NCBI RefSeq assembly: GCF_030144855.1
Contig: NC_082706.1
Coordinates: forward strand, 154,752,001 to 154,816,000
Length of the DNA stretch: 64,000 nucleotides
Direction of reading: 5' to 3'
Origin: Hypanus sabinus
Taxonomy: Eukaryota
Below the pieces are notes generated by a model that was not told the origin of the DNA, ran no database searches, and was given only the letters and a program-made list of their open reading frames with translations. Both the position numbers and the translations under genes were made by a program. Below are positions 12,187 through 26,284 of the stretch, piece by piece (position 1 is the first letter of the stretch; each line of letters begins with the position of its first letter).

Positions 12187-14438
12187 TAAGACATAAAAGC
12201 AGAATTAGGCTATTTGTCCTATCGAGTCTGCTCTGCCATTTAGTCATGGGTGATCCTGTGTTTACCCTCCTCGGCACCACTCCCTGGCTTTCTCCCGGTA
12301 ACCTTTGATGCTCTGTTCAATCAAGAACATATCAAACTCTACCTTAAAAACACCCAACGACCTGGCTTCCACAGCTGCCTGTGGTAACAAATTCCACAAA
12401 TTCACCACCCACTGGCTAAAGAAAGTTCTCCACATCTCTGTTTTAAATGGATGGCCCTCTATACTGAGGTTGTGCTCTCTTGTCCTTGACTCTCCCATCA
12501 TGGGAAACATCCTTTTCACATCTACTCTGTTTAGGCCTTTCAACATTCAAAAGGTTTCAATGAGATCCCCCCTCATCCTTCTAAGTTCCAGTGAGTACAG
12601 ACCCAGAGCCATTAAACATTTCTCGTATGATAACCCTTTCATTCCCAGAATCATCCTTGTGAATCTCTTCTGAACACTCCCAATTCCAGCACATCTTAGA
12701 ATAGCAGCCAAAAACTGTTCACAGTACTCAAGGTGAGGCCCCACCAGTGCCTTATAAATCCTCAACATCACATCCCTGCTCTTGTATTCTAGACCCCTTG
12801 AAATGAATGCTAACATTACATCCTTACTACCGACTCAATCTGCAAATTAACCTTTAGGGCATTCTTCACAAGTACTCCCAACACCCTTTGCATCTCAGAT
12901 TTGTGGATTTTCTATTTTAGAAAATAATCTGCACACTTAATTCTACTACTAAAGTGCATGACCATGCATTTTCTAACATTATATTTCATTTGCAACTTAC
13001 TTGCCCATTTTCCTAATTTGCCCAAGTCCTTCTACAGCCTCCATGTTTCCTCAATACTACCTGTCCCTCCACCAATCTCCGTATCATCTCCAAACTTGGC
13101 AAAAGCAAACCGTCTATTCCATCATCTAAATCATTGATATACAGCATAAAAAGTGGTCTCAACACTGACACCTGTGGAGCACCACTCGTCACAGGCAGCC
13201 AATCAGAAAAGGATCATTTTATTCCCGCTCACTGCTTTCCACCAATCAGTCAATGTCCTAACCATGCCAGTAACTATCCTGTAATACCATGGGCTCTTAA
13301 TTTAGTAAGCAGTTTTTTAGTTGCTCTCTGTAGGGTTTTAAAAGCTTCCCAATCCTCTACCTTCCCGCTAATTTTTGCTTTGTTGTATGCCATCTCTTCA
13401 GCTTTTACATTAGCTTTGACTTCCCTTGTCAGCCACAGTTGTACTATTTTGCCATTTGAATATTTATTTGTTTTTGGAGTAGATCTATCTTGCACTTTCC
13501 TCATTTTTCCCAGAAACTTATGTTATTGCTGGTCTACTGTCATCCCTACCAGCATCTCCTTCCAATTTACTTTGGGCAACTCTTCTCTCATACCACTGTA
13601 ATTTCATTTACACCACTGAAATTCTGTTTCTGCTTCCTCCCTGTCAAATTTCAAGTTGAACTCAATCGTATTGTTATCACTGTTTCCTGAGGGTACTTTT
13701 ATCTTAAGCTCTCAAATTGCCTCCAGTTCATTACATAACCCCCAAACCAATATAGCTAATCCCCAAATAAGCTCAACAATGAACTGTTCTTAAAAAGCCA
13801 GCTTGTAGGCATTCAACAAAAACTTACTCTCTTGAGATTCATTACCCACCTGATTTTTCCAATCGACCTGCATATTAAAATCTCCCAAGACAATTATCAC
13901 GTTGCCCTTTTGACATACCTTTTCTATTTCCTGTTGTAATCTGTGGTACACATCCCAGCTATTGTTGGGAGGTCTGTATATAACTGCCATCAGGGTCCTT
14001 TTACCCTTGCAGTTCTTAACTCAACCAGCAAGGATTCAATATCTTCTGATCTTATGTCATGTTTTTCTACTGATCTGATGCCATTCTTTGCCAGCAGTGC
14101 CATACCAACCCCTTTGCCTTCCTTCCTCTCCCTCTGATAAAATGTGTAACCTTGGACATTCAGCTCCTAACTACAACATCCTTTAGTCATGCTTCAGTGA
14201 TGTCCACAACATCATCCCTGACAATTTGGAATAGTGCATCAAGAACATGCACCTTATTTGTTATACTCCATGCGTCAAGATATAATACTTGGAGTACTAT
14301 ATTTGCTACCCTTTTTGATCCTGCATCCCTAAAACACTGATACTCATTCTGCTGGCTGCAGTTTTGTCCTGTCATCTGCCTGCCCTTTCTGATAGTCTGA
14401 CTGCACGCTGTTTTTGCTTTTTTACCATCTGTCCTAAA
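12187..14438 (-). mobile_element. CR1 LINE, internally deleted (APE, RT and 3' UTR remnants)
   Basis: Fragments VIYRPPN...VLGDFN (endonuclease), KLRAHGITG, and ALVGPHLEYC...RRMRGDLIETF (RT and C-terminus); many stops and frameshifts. Confidence 0.9.
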
Positions 14439-15832
14439 TAAATAGGAAAATTGGTCATTTTGAGAATATGAATTATCTTAATTTTTAACATGATTAAAGT
14501 TCTTCTTCACCAAACCAGTATTCAAGACATGCCATTTAAGTATCAGAACGTTTATAAATGTAAAAAATGTGATCTGAATTTATTGCCCTTTTTTTTTTCC
14601 AAAATAATTGGTCCCTTCATGCTATATACAAATAGATTTTTTTTTAACGAATAAACATAGTTCCTGTTTAAAAATTTCTGGGTTGTTGGATGTTACCTGC
14701 CATTGTAGGGATCGTCTTTTGATTTAAGAGAGCAGTAATATGTGGATTGTGAGTAATACAATGCTTAGTACTAAAAATCACCAGCCAGATGTGCTTTGTA
14801 TTGGGCCCCATCAACTCGCAGGGTAAACTTAAAATTCAGGCTGAACTGTGGGCAAGGTAGCCAATATTGTAGAAAAATGACATTTATATACAGTGATATA
14901 AAAGCTTACTGCAGAAAAAATGTTGTCCTGGAATTAGGTAGATGGAGCACGAGTCTCGAGAGGGAGTTTAGAGATTCAAGGAACAGGAATTATGTTGATC
15001 TCCTGAAATACAAGATCACCTGATGTGATGAGCCAGCAATGTGAGATAGTGATATTTCAGGTGCTGCAATTTCCACAGTATTGCTGTTTTAGCACAGCAC
15101 TTGCAATACGTGTGAAGGCAGTGTTTCACCAGTATATAGTTATGTTACAGATTGTAAAATGCCCTTCATATCACCTGCACAATAATAGCAACGCTACATG
15201 TAGGTCATTGCAACTCAGAATCTTTTGATCTGTGGATTCTTCTTCCCTACCTTGGGTATACTAATGACATTTTCCAATCTAGGATTCATACAAGATAATA
15301 ATGAATGTACTTTGCTATTTGCGGAATTTATTTATTTTATATTAACTGATCAGTGTTAGAAATTGTTTAAATGTTTTTCCTTATTGCGGTGACATCATCG
15401 TCGAGAATGGCAGCTTAAGTCACTAGCTCCTCTGGAAAAATGTGTATTAAGCCCTGTTAACCCATCAAATATAGTATTTTTCAAAAGTATTTGAACTGAT
15501 AAGAGGGGCAAGAATGGGGAAAAAGAATGGAAATAAAAAAGCAACACTGCGGATCCTGCGGCCGAGAGGAGTGCAGCGAGCGGCTCTCCTACCCGACTGT
15601 GTGGTAGCGAGGCGAATGCTGGGACTTGTTCAGGCAAAGCGGCAAATTTGATTGAAAGTTTGAAAGAGATAAGGGAGTTCCAGAAAGATATAAAACAGCA
15701 GCTACATGATATTAAGTCAGAGCTCGCCAACATCAATCAAAAAATGGCGGTGGCAGAGATTCGCATTGAGAAGGTGGAAAATCGCGTTCAAAACGTGGAA
15801 CGGGTACTAAGTAAGATGATAAAATATTAAGT

Positions 15833-18800
15833 TGTTACTAACCCTGTAACTGGATTACTTACCAGCAAAGATAGAGACATCCGCTGGAGTCTGGTGATAC
15901 TATTTCTAACAGTATTTATTAGCAAAAATACACAAAAATAATATCAATGCAATATACAGATAATATATGTAATCAATACTAAACCTAAAAATGCGGGTAT
16001 AATAATAATCAATAAGAAACAAGCTCTATCGTTGTCTAGGGGATAATGAATTGTCCGATGGAAATCTAAAGTTCGCTGCAGTTCACGCAGGCTGCCGTTG
16101 TTTGGGTGTCGCTGGGTTGCAATTGTTGGAGAGAGAGAGAGAAAGAGAAAAACTTGCCGAGTTTCCTTTATGATTTCGATCCGTCAGGTGTCTCGTTGTC
16201 GTGGCCGTTCAAGTGTGACCTCTCCTTTAGCTAAACCGTTCTTCCATGATGAGCCCGCCACCCAGGCAAGGGAGGATGCACACGAGCTCCCACTGGCTTT
16301 CGCTATAAAACGCTGTCACTGGATTTCTAGTGTTTCTCCTGGTGCGTCTAAAGGGGTTGTTCTCCGAGACCCTCTTTTATCCTCACTCATGGGGTCTTAG
16401 ATGTCAATCAGGTTGGGATGATTGCAATCCCTCAACCAGACCACTCTGGTTGTCCCCTGAGGGGTTTCAATGAATAGTACAGTACTCAATACACAATTCC
16501 GTCCAAGAGACAATGGCAGTAATCAGTGGTTCCGTTCCGCTTATGTCAGGAGACATTCCACCTGGTTGTGTATTCTGTGTGTCTCTCTCTCATTTCCTGA
16601 CATGCTGTGTATCTCTCTCATTTCCTGGGTCTCAGACCCAAAATAATAGTGATCTTGCGATTCTCGAAAGGGGTGGGGGGGGGGCGACTTTGTACCCTTC
16701 GGCCCGTCAGAGTTGCTCCACATTCGTAACACCCCCATCCTTCTAAGGATTTTTTGCCACAGGTAAAAATTGACTAATACAGAGTCTCACAGAATTTCAG
16801 AATCTAACACACTACAAAAGAGTTTTTTTCACTACAGAGTAATACAGTTATACATTCAATTCAGCATCTAAACAGTTAGCGATTACATTGTCACTTCCTT
16901 TAATATCTTAATATCTTGTACCTTAATGAATTCTTGTAGCATCAGACTCCAATTTAATAACTACCTATTTTTATTCCTTTTCTTCAGCAAAACAAAACTA
17001 AAAAGTTGTGATCTTAGCTTACATTTATATTACAAAAGTTTCTGCAAATACTAATCTTTATTTTACTTTCAAACTTAACAGTCAATCTTCCACGGGGTTG
17101 TCTTTATTATTTACATGCATCGTCGAAATCCCTTAAAACCGGATCCAGTTAATTAAAGTGGCATCCCGTGAACCCTCACTCCTTTTCCAGTTAACTCCCA
17201 CGTGGTTAGCTTGCGTACCATTGTGGAATAGGCTTTTGCATGCTCCTTTCATAGGAGTTATTTTATCAACAATGTTTTCCAAACGTAGCCCATTTTCTGA
17301 ACATCTACACAATTCTTTATTTTTAAGCAAGTCATTAGTGTTGTCTTCAGGACCCTTCATTCTATTAGTTTTCAGTTTAATATCTGCAAGCGATCCCTCT
17401 TTGTCCAAACAACATTTCAAACTCTGCCTCTTCACAGCACACCCTTGAATAAAATTAGCGTGTGGGGCACCTTTACATTCCAAATCAAACTGTAATTGAT
17501 TCGCAGGCACCGTGTTAACAAGCCATTGCCCCTTCAGTCTGGTTACTGCTTCTGACACCAATCCAGACTTTAAATTTTCTTCATTCAATTTAGGAACTAC
17601 ACTTTTCCCTTTCCCTTCAATAACAATATCCACATCACCACCTTTTATCTCCTCACTAACTTTTAACACACCTTCGAACACAAACAACTGGGAATTCTCA
17701 CTTCCCACTAGTACCAAGGTTAACCCTTTCTTCACTGAACCAAGTCCATCTGACCCACAAGGACTGCATTCCTTTTTAACTGAATCAAATACCTCAGACT
17801 TTTCCTGAGTTCCATTACTAGGTTCAGTACCACATGCATCCACATCTTGAACACACTCAAACGGGACATCTGCCTCGTCCAGGCTTTCGATACCCGTCCC
17901 CTTTTCAAATTCTAAGTTCCCCTGATCCTCCCAGTTACTCTCTGGGCAACTCCCTTCCGGAGTAAACTCAACCCTGCGGGCTGAAACAACCTCATCTGCC
18001 AACCCAGCAGACTCCTTCAAGATAATGGCATCCTTTTCATCTAGGACTGCCCTCATTTCATTATCGGGAACACCTTTAAAATTTTCAATTTCTTCAAACA
18101 GTTCTGTCAAGCCAGACAGATCATCCATGTCCAACCCTGGACCTTCTAACAGCCTTATCTGTTTCTCATTTTTACTCCGTGTCTCTATAAATTTCCTCCT
18201 GGCTAAGGGTAGGTCTACCTCCTCTCCTTTACTCTCTTTCACCTCCCTATTCTCCGTTTTACCACCTTCTAACCCCTCTTGGTACAGGGTCGGAAAAAAC
18301 GTCTCAGCCAAATCAATACTGGCCTGAATTAAACTGGTCTCTTTCTCAGCTGCCTTTCTCAACATGCTGCGAGTGGTCGCGCATGCGGGACAGATCTTGG
18401 AACCTAGGGGCAGGTCCTCAACATTTACAGGCTGGCTCGTCAGCTCCATGGCTGACCAAACCTCACCCCTGGCTAAATCATTACCCAGAAGGACGTCAAT
18501 GTCGGTTCTCGGAAATTCTGATCGCACCCCTATTTCAACTGGTCCAGATACCACCTCACAACTTATAATGATCCTATGCAAAGGCACAGCTTCTGCCCTT
18601 TTCCTATGCCTCTCAAAGCTACCTCTCCAGTTTCGGGACCAAAATCTAGTACCTTACTGAGAATCAATGACTGCTCAGCTCCAGTACCTCTCCAGGTCTG
18701 CACTGGAACTGGTGTTTCTCCCTCTTTCACCGACACAGTCCCTTCTAAAATCAATTTCTCACGCCCCTCTCGTATTCTATTTACCTTGGGCTTTCTCATC

Positions 18801-21045
18801 GATTTACTGATTAACACAATACACCCTGTAGGGACTGCTGCTTTCCCTTTTCCTGTCTCCTTCCTCAGAGCAAAACACTTCAATACAATATGACCCACCT
18901 TTCCACAATTAAAACAGGTCAAGCCAGGACCCCTCCTGCCATCTTGCCTTTCTTCCTTCTTATTTTTACCACTAGCTCCCGGCTGAATCTCTACCTCAAT
19001 TGGCGGGCTTTCTCTATCGTTTCCACGGTCTTTCTGGTCACTCTTATTCGAGGAAAACTTTGTATTGTGGGTTAGGGCATATTTATTTGCGAACCTGGCA
19101 AATTCGGATATGGACTTATTCGGCTTCTTGTTCAAATACATCCGGATATCATCCGAAACACAACCTTTAAATTCCTTAATCAGAATTAACTCCCTTAAAC
19201 GTCGAAAATCCTCTTCCACCATTTCTGCAGCACACCAACGATCCAAGAGCACACCCTTCTCATAGGCAAACTGCATATGTCTGATTCCACACTTTCTTTA
19301 AATTTCTGAACTTCTGTCTATAGGCCTCAGGTACCAATTCGTAGGTCCGAAGAATGGCCTGCATTACTTCCTCATAATTCTCAGACTCCTCCTTCTCCAC
19401 AGACAACGCCGCATATGCCCGTTGTGCCTTCCCTTTTAACACACTTTGTAACAACGCCACCCACTGATCTCTGGGCCACTTCTGACTCACTGCCACCTTT
19501 TCAAAATGCAAGCAATAACTATCAACATCCATCTCCTCGAACGGAGGTACTAATACTAACCTAAACTCCCTACTAACATTGAACTGCTCCTCTCGTTCTG
19601 GCCCTTGAGCTCTTCGCTCTTTCCTTAACGTCTCCATGTCCAGGTCATGCTGCCTCTGTTTCTCCTTCTCCTCATACTCCCTCTGCTTTTCAGCTCTTTC
19701 CTTTTCCTTTTCAGCTGCTTCCAGCTGTTTTAACCTAATTTCATGTTCCAACCTTAATTTTTCCAACTCTAACTGAGCCATCCCACTAGCTGGTACCTTT
19801 TCAGGGATGTTTTCCAATACCTCAGCCGAAAACACATTCTTCACAATATAACACTGAGTTATGGCCCTCCGCACCTCCCGCTTTTTCATTGACAACCTCA
19901 CCTCTGTGAGATTTAGTCCTTTTGCAATATTTATCAAGTCTGACTTTGTGGCAGCTTCTAGCGCCTCCGGAGTCGGGTTTTTTATAAATTCATCTACGTC
20001 CATCTTTGCTGGTTTCCCGTCTGGTTACCTGCGTAACCAGATCCAAGTTTGGATTTAAAAGCCCGATTTACTGGCCCTCCAATTTGGTATCAAATCTCGA
20101 GACGAGGCCCCAAGTTGTTACGAACCCTGTAACTGGGTTACTTACCAGCAAAGATAGAGACGTCCATTGGAGTCTGATAATACTAATTACAGTATTACTT
20201 TAACAGTATTTATTAGCAAAAATACACAAAAATAATATCAATGCAAATATACAGATAATATATGTCGTCAATACTAAACCTAAAAGTGCGGGTATAATAA
20301 TAATAAGAAACAAGCTCTGTCGTTGTCTAGGGGATAATGAATTGTCCGATGGAAATCTAAAGTTCACTGCAGTTCACGCAGGCTGCCGTCATTCGGGTGT
20401 CGCTGGGTTGCAATTGTTGGAGAGAGAGAGAAAAACTTGCCGACTTTCCTTTATGATTTTGATCCGTCAGGTGTCTCGTTGCCGTGGCCGTTCAAGTGTG
20501 ACCTCTCCTTTAGCTAAACCGTTCTTCCGTGGTGTGCCCGCCACCCAGGCAAGGGAGGATGCACATGAGCTCCCACCAGCTTTCGCTATAAAACGCTGTC
20601 ACTGGATTTCGTTTCTCCTGGTGCGTCTAAAGTGGTGTTCCCCAGACTCCTCTTTTATCCTCACTCACGGGGTCTCAGATGTCAATCAGGTTGGGATGAT
20701 GCAATCCCTCAACCAGACCACTCTGGTTGTCCCCTGAGGGGTTTCAATGAATAGTACAGTACTCAATACACAATTCCTTCTACAAGAGACAGTGGCAGTA
20801 ATCAGTGGTTCCGTTCTGCTTATGTCAGGAGACATTCCACCTTGTTGTGTATTCTGTGTGTGTCTCTCTCTCTCTCTCTCTCATTTCCTGACATGCTGTG
20901 TATCTTTCTCATTTCCTGGGTCTCAGACCCGAAATAATAGCAATCTTGCGATTCTCAAAAAGGAGGGGGGGGGGGGGGGTCGACTTTGTACCCTTCGAGT
21001 ACAAAGCCCGTCAGAGCCCGTCAGAGTTGCTCCACATTCGTAACA
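15833..21045 (-). mobile_element. Ty3/gypsy (Gmr1-like) LTR retrotransposon with gag and protease only
   Basis: LTRs at 15833-16731 and 20116-21045 (TGTTAC...GTAACA). tRNA-Pro-like PBS TGGGGCCTCGTC at ~20095-20112. PPT next to 16732. SCAN-like capsid, CFNCGKVGHIVLKC zinc knuckle, degenerate protease (RGTGA...LLGND). 4-bp TSD AAGT/AAAT with one mismatch. Confidence 0.92.
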
Positions 21046-21791
21046 AAATCAACAAGAAGGTAAACTGCTTGACCTGGAGGGAAGATCACGGCGGAAAAAT
21101 ATCAGAATATACAACGTTCCTGAAGGAGCGGAGGGCTTGTCTATGACGGAGTTTGTCAGAAAGTTGCTGCGGGATGTGCTGGAGCTTCCCTCGACTATGG
21201 AAATTGAGAGAGTGCATTGTGCGTTTGTCCCGAAGCCTACCCGAGATAGAGCAGATAAGCCACGCTCAATAATAATTAAATTCCTTCGATACAGTACCAA
21301 GGCGGAGATTCTACAAAGGGCCTGGGGTAAGAAGAGGGTGTTTTTACACAATAAATTAATATATTTTGACCAAGATTCCCCCCCCCCCCACGCAGTCCTG
21401 CAGAAACGTAAAGAATTTCAAACTTCATACCCTGCTAAACTTCAAGTATTTTATCAAGATGGGATCCAACTGTATCAGACAGTGGAAGAGGTGACTACAG
21501 ACATGAAGGCCAGAGGGTTGCCCGTCAGCGTGATCAAACCAAGGGAAAGCCTGGCAGAGGAATTATCCCACTTCGCTTGGGAAATAGTGCGAGAATCAAG
21601 AAGGCAGAAGACGGGAAGAGGCCGAGAGAAGGATATCAGGAAGAGACCGGGAGTTTTCCAAAGGCAGCCCTCACCCCTTGTAGAAGAGCCATAAGGTTGG
21701 GCTAAATTTAAAAATGTTGAGAAGCTGAACGGAAGCAAAAGTAGACGGTGATGTACCTATCACGATAAATACTTATTATAATGTGGATTTT

Positions 21792-22231
21792 TTTTAATAT
21801 TAGTTTTTTATACATTTTACAAATTAAAAAACCCCAAATCACAATGAGGAACATTCATACAGTGCAAAATTAAGCATACAATGATAATATGATACAAAGA
21901 AAGAGAATTTTTAAAAAAAGCACCTAAATTGAAGACAAGTAAACTTAGTGTCCTCCCCAAGCCCCACAACACAAAAGAAAAACTCCAGACCAACCACAAC
22001 ACAATATAGAGAATATAAATCAGGACAATCAAACTCCCAGACTGTGAATACACTTAGCAACAGAGGATAATAATGCCTACTACCAGAAAAAAAAGGGAGC
22101 TGAAAGCAAGGGACCGAAAAGAAAAAAAACCCTAGTCAAGAGGAAGGTTATGAAAGTACTCGATAAAAGGTCCCCAGACCTTATGGAACTTTAGATCCGA
22201 ATTAAGAACTGAATAATGAATTTTTTTGAGG
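21792..22231 (-). mobile_element. 5'-truncated L1 3' end inserted antisense into the host L1
   Basis: 15-bp TSD TATAATGTGGATTTT at 21777-21791 and 22232-22246. T-rich tail. The minus strand encodes the L1 ORF2 end KIHYSVLNSDLKFHKVWGPFIEYFHNLPLD*. Confidence 0.85.
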
Positions 22232-24243
22232 TATAATGTGGATTTTATATCACTTAGTTGTTATTCTTTATTCGCTCACTTTCTCCTTTTCCCCACCAAA
22301 TTGAGAATATATATATGTGTGCATATATGTGTATGTATGTAATATATATGTATATGTGTGTTCACTGACTTTTATGAGTACTGCAATGGGGGCCCTCAAA
22401 TCACAAGTAGGAGGGGTTATCCCCCACAGCTAGACATTTCCATTAGCTCAATACATCAGACAAAATGAAGGTATCAGGGGAATTACTATTAAAGGGACAG
22501 AGCGTAAATTGCTTGTTAAGCGGATGACATTTTGATCTATCTAGGGCAACCAACATACTCTTTACCTAAATTGATGCAATCCTTTGAACAATGTGGTCAA
22601 TTATCAGGATACAAAATCAACATAGATAAAACCCAATTACTTTCATATTACTGGACAATAATATGCAGGTATCAATGGAAGTGTACCAGTTCACAGAAAT
22701 GGAGGGAGTTCAGATGGAAAAACTTGATAAGGTATTTTATTACACCCTCTCAGAAATCCCATTATGATAGTAACCTCCCTGTTTGCTGGAGAAATTGTGG
22801 AAATCAAAATGCAAATCATTATCATATTTTTCGGGACTGCCTGTTATCAAAGACTATTGGAGGGGGATGCACAATGCCTTACAAGACATCTTTAAGTATG
22901 ACATACCCTTAGAGAGTAAGACCATATATTTTGGATATATACCTCAAGAATGAGATACACCTCAAAAAAGAGATAAATATTTAATGAACATACTGTTAGT
23001 GGCTGGTATAAAGACTCTTACTAGGAAATGGTTATCACAGGAGAGCCCAATTTTAAATGCATGGATGGAAATTACAATGGACATTTACAAAATGGAGAAG
23101 GTAACAGCAAGTGTTAATCATAAGCTGGAACCATTTGATTCATACTGGGAAAAATGGTTTAACTACATAATGCCTCATAGGCCTGATTTTATTCTCACAA
23201 ATCAATGAATAAGTTGTAAAAAAAAATCACTCCCTACTTGTACATAGTTTTTTCCTTTTGCTTGTTTTTTCTCTCCACTCCTCTATAAGTGTATACCTCA
23301 GATAAATACTATGTGGAGATTTGTGACATATATGATTATATGATATGTATGTGCAATGTCTGAAATACATCTTATGGAGATGTTTGATAATGAACTTCAA
23401 TAAAAAAATAAATTACAAAAAAAAGTAAGAGAATGCTGAATGGGTAATTTTTAAAAATAATTTTATCTTGCAATAAGTTTTGTATAATTGATGAAAATTT
23501 GAGCTGTGTAACAAAAGGTCTACTTTCTACTTGCAGTAAGCTAAAATTCAAACAACTCAGTTGTCAAAGTGGTTCAGCAAAGGCTTTGTTTTATCTGATA
23601 TAATTTAATGTTTATGAACTGAGAAAATAGAATTTAATTATAGGAGTTTAAGCTTAAGACAATCTGCATCTTTAAGTCACATAGATGGAGGTAAGGTGGA
23701 ACAGGAAAATTTCTTGGTGTGTATCTATTGTGTTAGCTGTGCCATTTTAATTATTAATTTAAAAAAAGACAAACCATTAAAAAACTAACAGATTCGTATG
23801 CCTTGCAATTCATATTGCAATACTGCATCTCTATCCTCAATGTTTTCATACACCAAAATAAATATAAGCTCTTGGTACACATGGAAATAACATTCAAAAT
23901 TAGCAGTTTGAGGAGAAAGAATAGTGAAATTTCCACTCTCTAAAGATGATCAAATCTAAGTTCCAGATGTTGCTACAAAGTTAATCATTTTAAATACCTG
24001 CAGACTTACTACAATTTTGCATATGGAAGAACTCGTCCAGCTCCCATTTGAATATCTTAATTGAATCTGCCAAACCAGAGATTTATTTTAACAGGGCACT
24101 CCCTACTTTTTAAAGAAAAAAATTTCCTGACATTTAACATGAGTTTGTGTTTGAATAACTTGCAGTTTAATTGCTATAGGCTCACAGCACAAGCAGAAGA
24201 TAAGCTATGAATGTGACAATGCCATAATTCATGTTATTTGCAG

Positions 24244-24399
24244 AGTGAGCGAGTATATTTTCAAGTGTTTTTGCCGAAAGGAAGCAATGAGAAAAGCAGA
24301 CCAATGTTCTTCTGTTCGAAATGGAGTATTGGGAAAGTTGTGGATAAAGCAGCTTCATTGTTGAACCTCAGGAATGACAACAATATTTTGGCATGCAAG
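24244..24399 (+). CDS. ZFAND1: ZFAND1 exon 7 (ubiquitin-like domain, part 1)
   Basis: SERVYFQVFLPKGSNEKSRPMFFCSKWSIGKVVDKAASLLNLRNDNNILACK; ttgcag acceptor and GTAATA donor; 156 nt. Confidence 0.96.
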
Positions 24400-25329
24400 G
24401 TAATATCTGATAAAAATACAAGTTTTGCATAACCTTATTCATAGCAAACCATTTTTGCATTCATTGTCCATTATTTAGTTAACATATTATGCCAATCTAC
24501 TTCATATTAGTAAGCCCAATTTATCCAGTTTCTGACAGAAAACTAACAAAATATACAGTGGTGCAGGAGGCAGAGTAAGGATGACATTCTTCTGTTAAGC
24601 AAATTTCTGGTAATACAGTAAAGTATCAGTGAGAGTGCTGCTAGACAAAATCTGCCATTCAGCTGCATAAAACTACTAGGAAACTTGAACAAAAGCATGG
24701 TCAACGAATGGCATTTTAAAAGTTGCTTCTTAAAGACTAAGACATAGATGGAAAGATCTTGAAAAGTAATTCCTGGGCTGGGCCTAAATAGCTGTAGGCG
24801 TAAGCACTATCAAAAGGGCAAAGGAGATCTAGGACAAACAAGTGCTAGTTCGTAGAGTGTTATGGTGTTGGACAGCAATAGAGAAAGTTGTCGCCATGGA
24901 GAGATTGAAGAGTTGATTTTAAATCAGTAGTTTTGCTTAAAAATGAAAAAAATCCAAAACCACAATGTTTGTAGGTAAGTGGGAATTGATGGAAGGTAGG
25001 AAATAGTCAATGTTTTGGCTGATCTAATGTTTGTGGAAGTTAAAAATAGCTGGGCAGCCAAAAAAAAATTGGAATAGTTATGTCTAGAAGGCCTTGAGTT
25101 TGAATAGTCTTTCTTGTTAAGGAAGTCAACTAAAAATATCCTTTTCAAACTTTTCTTTTGACAAATAAATCCGCTATCTAGGCTGTAGGTCTTAGTGACA
25201 GGAAAAATTGATGCTAGCACAAAAGTAAACAAATATTAAGCAATACTTTTGGTCTAATGAAACATTATAGAATCATAAAATTCTAGAAAAATGATTCTGA
25301 CTATATATCCTGCCTGTGTATATCCCTTA

Positions 25330-26275
25330 TAAGACCATAAGGCAGGCACAGAATTCAGTCCATTGAGTCTGTTGCCATTCCATCATGGCTGATTTATTAT
25401 CTTTTTCAATCCCATTCTCCTGCCTTTTCCTCATAACCTTTAACACTCTGATTAATCAAGAACCTATCAACCTCAAATATACCCAATACACAGTTGTCTG
25501 TGACAGTGAATTTCACAGATTCACCACCCTTTGGCTAAAGAAACTTTTCCTCATCCCTGTTCAAAATGGATGTCTCTCAATTCTGTGTGTCCTCTGGTCC
25601 TAGACTCCTTCATTATAGGAACATCTTCTCCACATCCACCCTATTTAGGCCTTTCAATACTCAATGGCTTTCAATGAGATCCTCCCCAACCCCCCATTCT
25701 TCTAAACTCCAGCAAGTACAAGCCTAGGTCCATCAAATGATCCTCGTATGCTAACCTTTTCATTCCTGGCGTTATCCTCATGAACTTCTCCAATGCCAGT
25801 GCATCTTTTCTTAGATAAGGAGCCCAAACTGCTCGCAGCACTCTTTAAGTGTGGTCTGACTTATAAAGCCTCAGCATTACACCCTTGCTTTTGTACTCTA
25901 GTCCTCTTGAAATGAACGCTAACATTGCATTTGCTTCTTACAACTGACTCAACCTGCAAGTTAACCTTTAGGAAATCCTACATGAGGACTCCCAAGTCTT
26001 CTTCCACCTCTGATTTCTGAATTTTCTCCCCATTTAGAATATAGTCCACGCCTTTATTCTTTCAGCTAAAGTGCATGACCGTACACTTTCCTACACTATA
26101 TTCAATTTGCCACTTCTTTGCCCATTCCCCAATCTGCTTACTTCCTTCTGCAAATGCACTGCTTCCTCAACACCATCCACCTCTCCACCTATCTTCATAT
26201 TGTCTGCAAATCTGGCCACAAAGCTATGTTCCTTCATCCAAATCATTGATGTATAACATGAAAAGAAATAGTCCC
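25330..26275 (-). mobile_element. CR1 LINE 3' fragment
   Basis: RFADNMKIGG RT motif; same 3' end as the 12.2 kb copy. Confidence 0.85.
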
Positions 26276-26284
26276 TATAGTCTT

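Larger units (their letters stand above)
15391..23424 (+). mobile_element. L1-clade LINE (ORF1 plus heavily deleted ORF2 and poly-A tail), split by two nested insertions
   Basis: The ORF1 coiled coil (15648-15830) rejoins LLDLEGRSRRKNIRIYNVPEG...IERVH...PRSIIIKFLRY after 21045. ORF2 remnants: ADDILIYL...SGYKINIDKT, CWRNCG..ANHYHIF, and W...IYKMEK. A-rich tail at 23400-23424. Confidence 0.9.

Noticed and set aside
18563-20003. Host SCAN-domain zinc-finger gene
   Set aside because: The SCAN-like region lies between two LTRs with a PBS and PPT and is followed by a CCHC knuckle and protease, so it is retrotransposon gag.
21137-21694. L1TD1-like domesticated ORF1
   Set aside because: It is the C-terminal half of an L1 ORF1 that was disrupted by an LTR insertion and a deletion.
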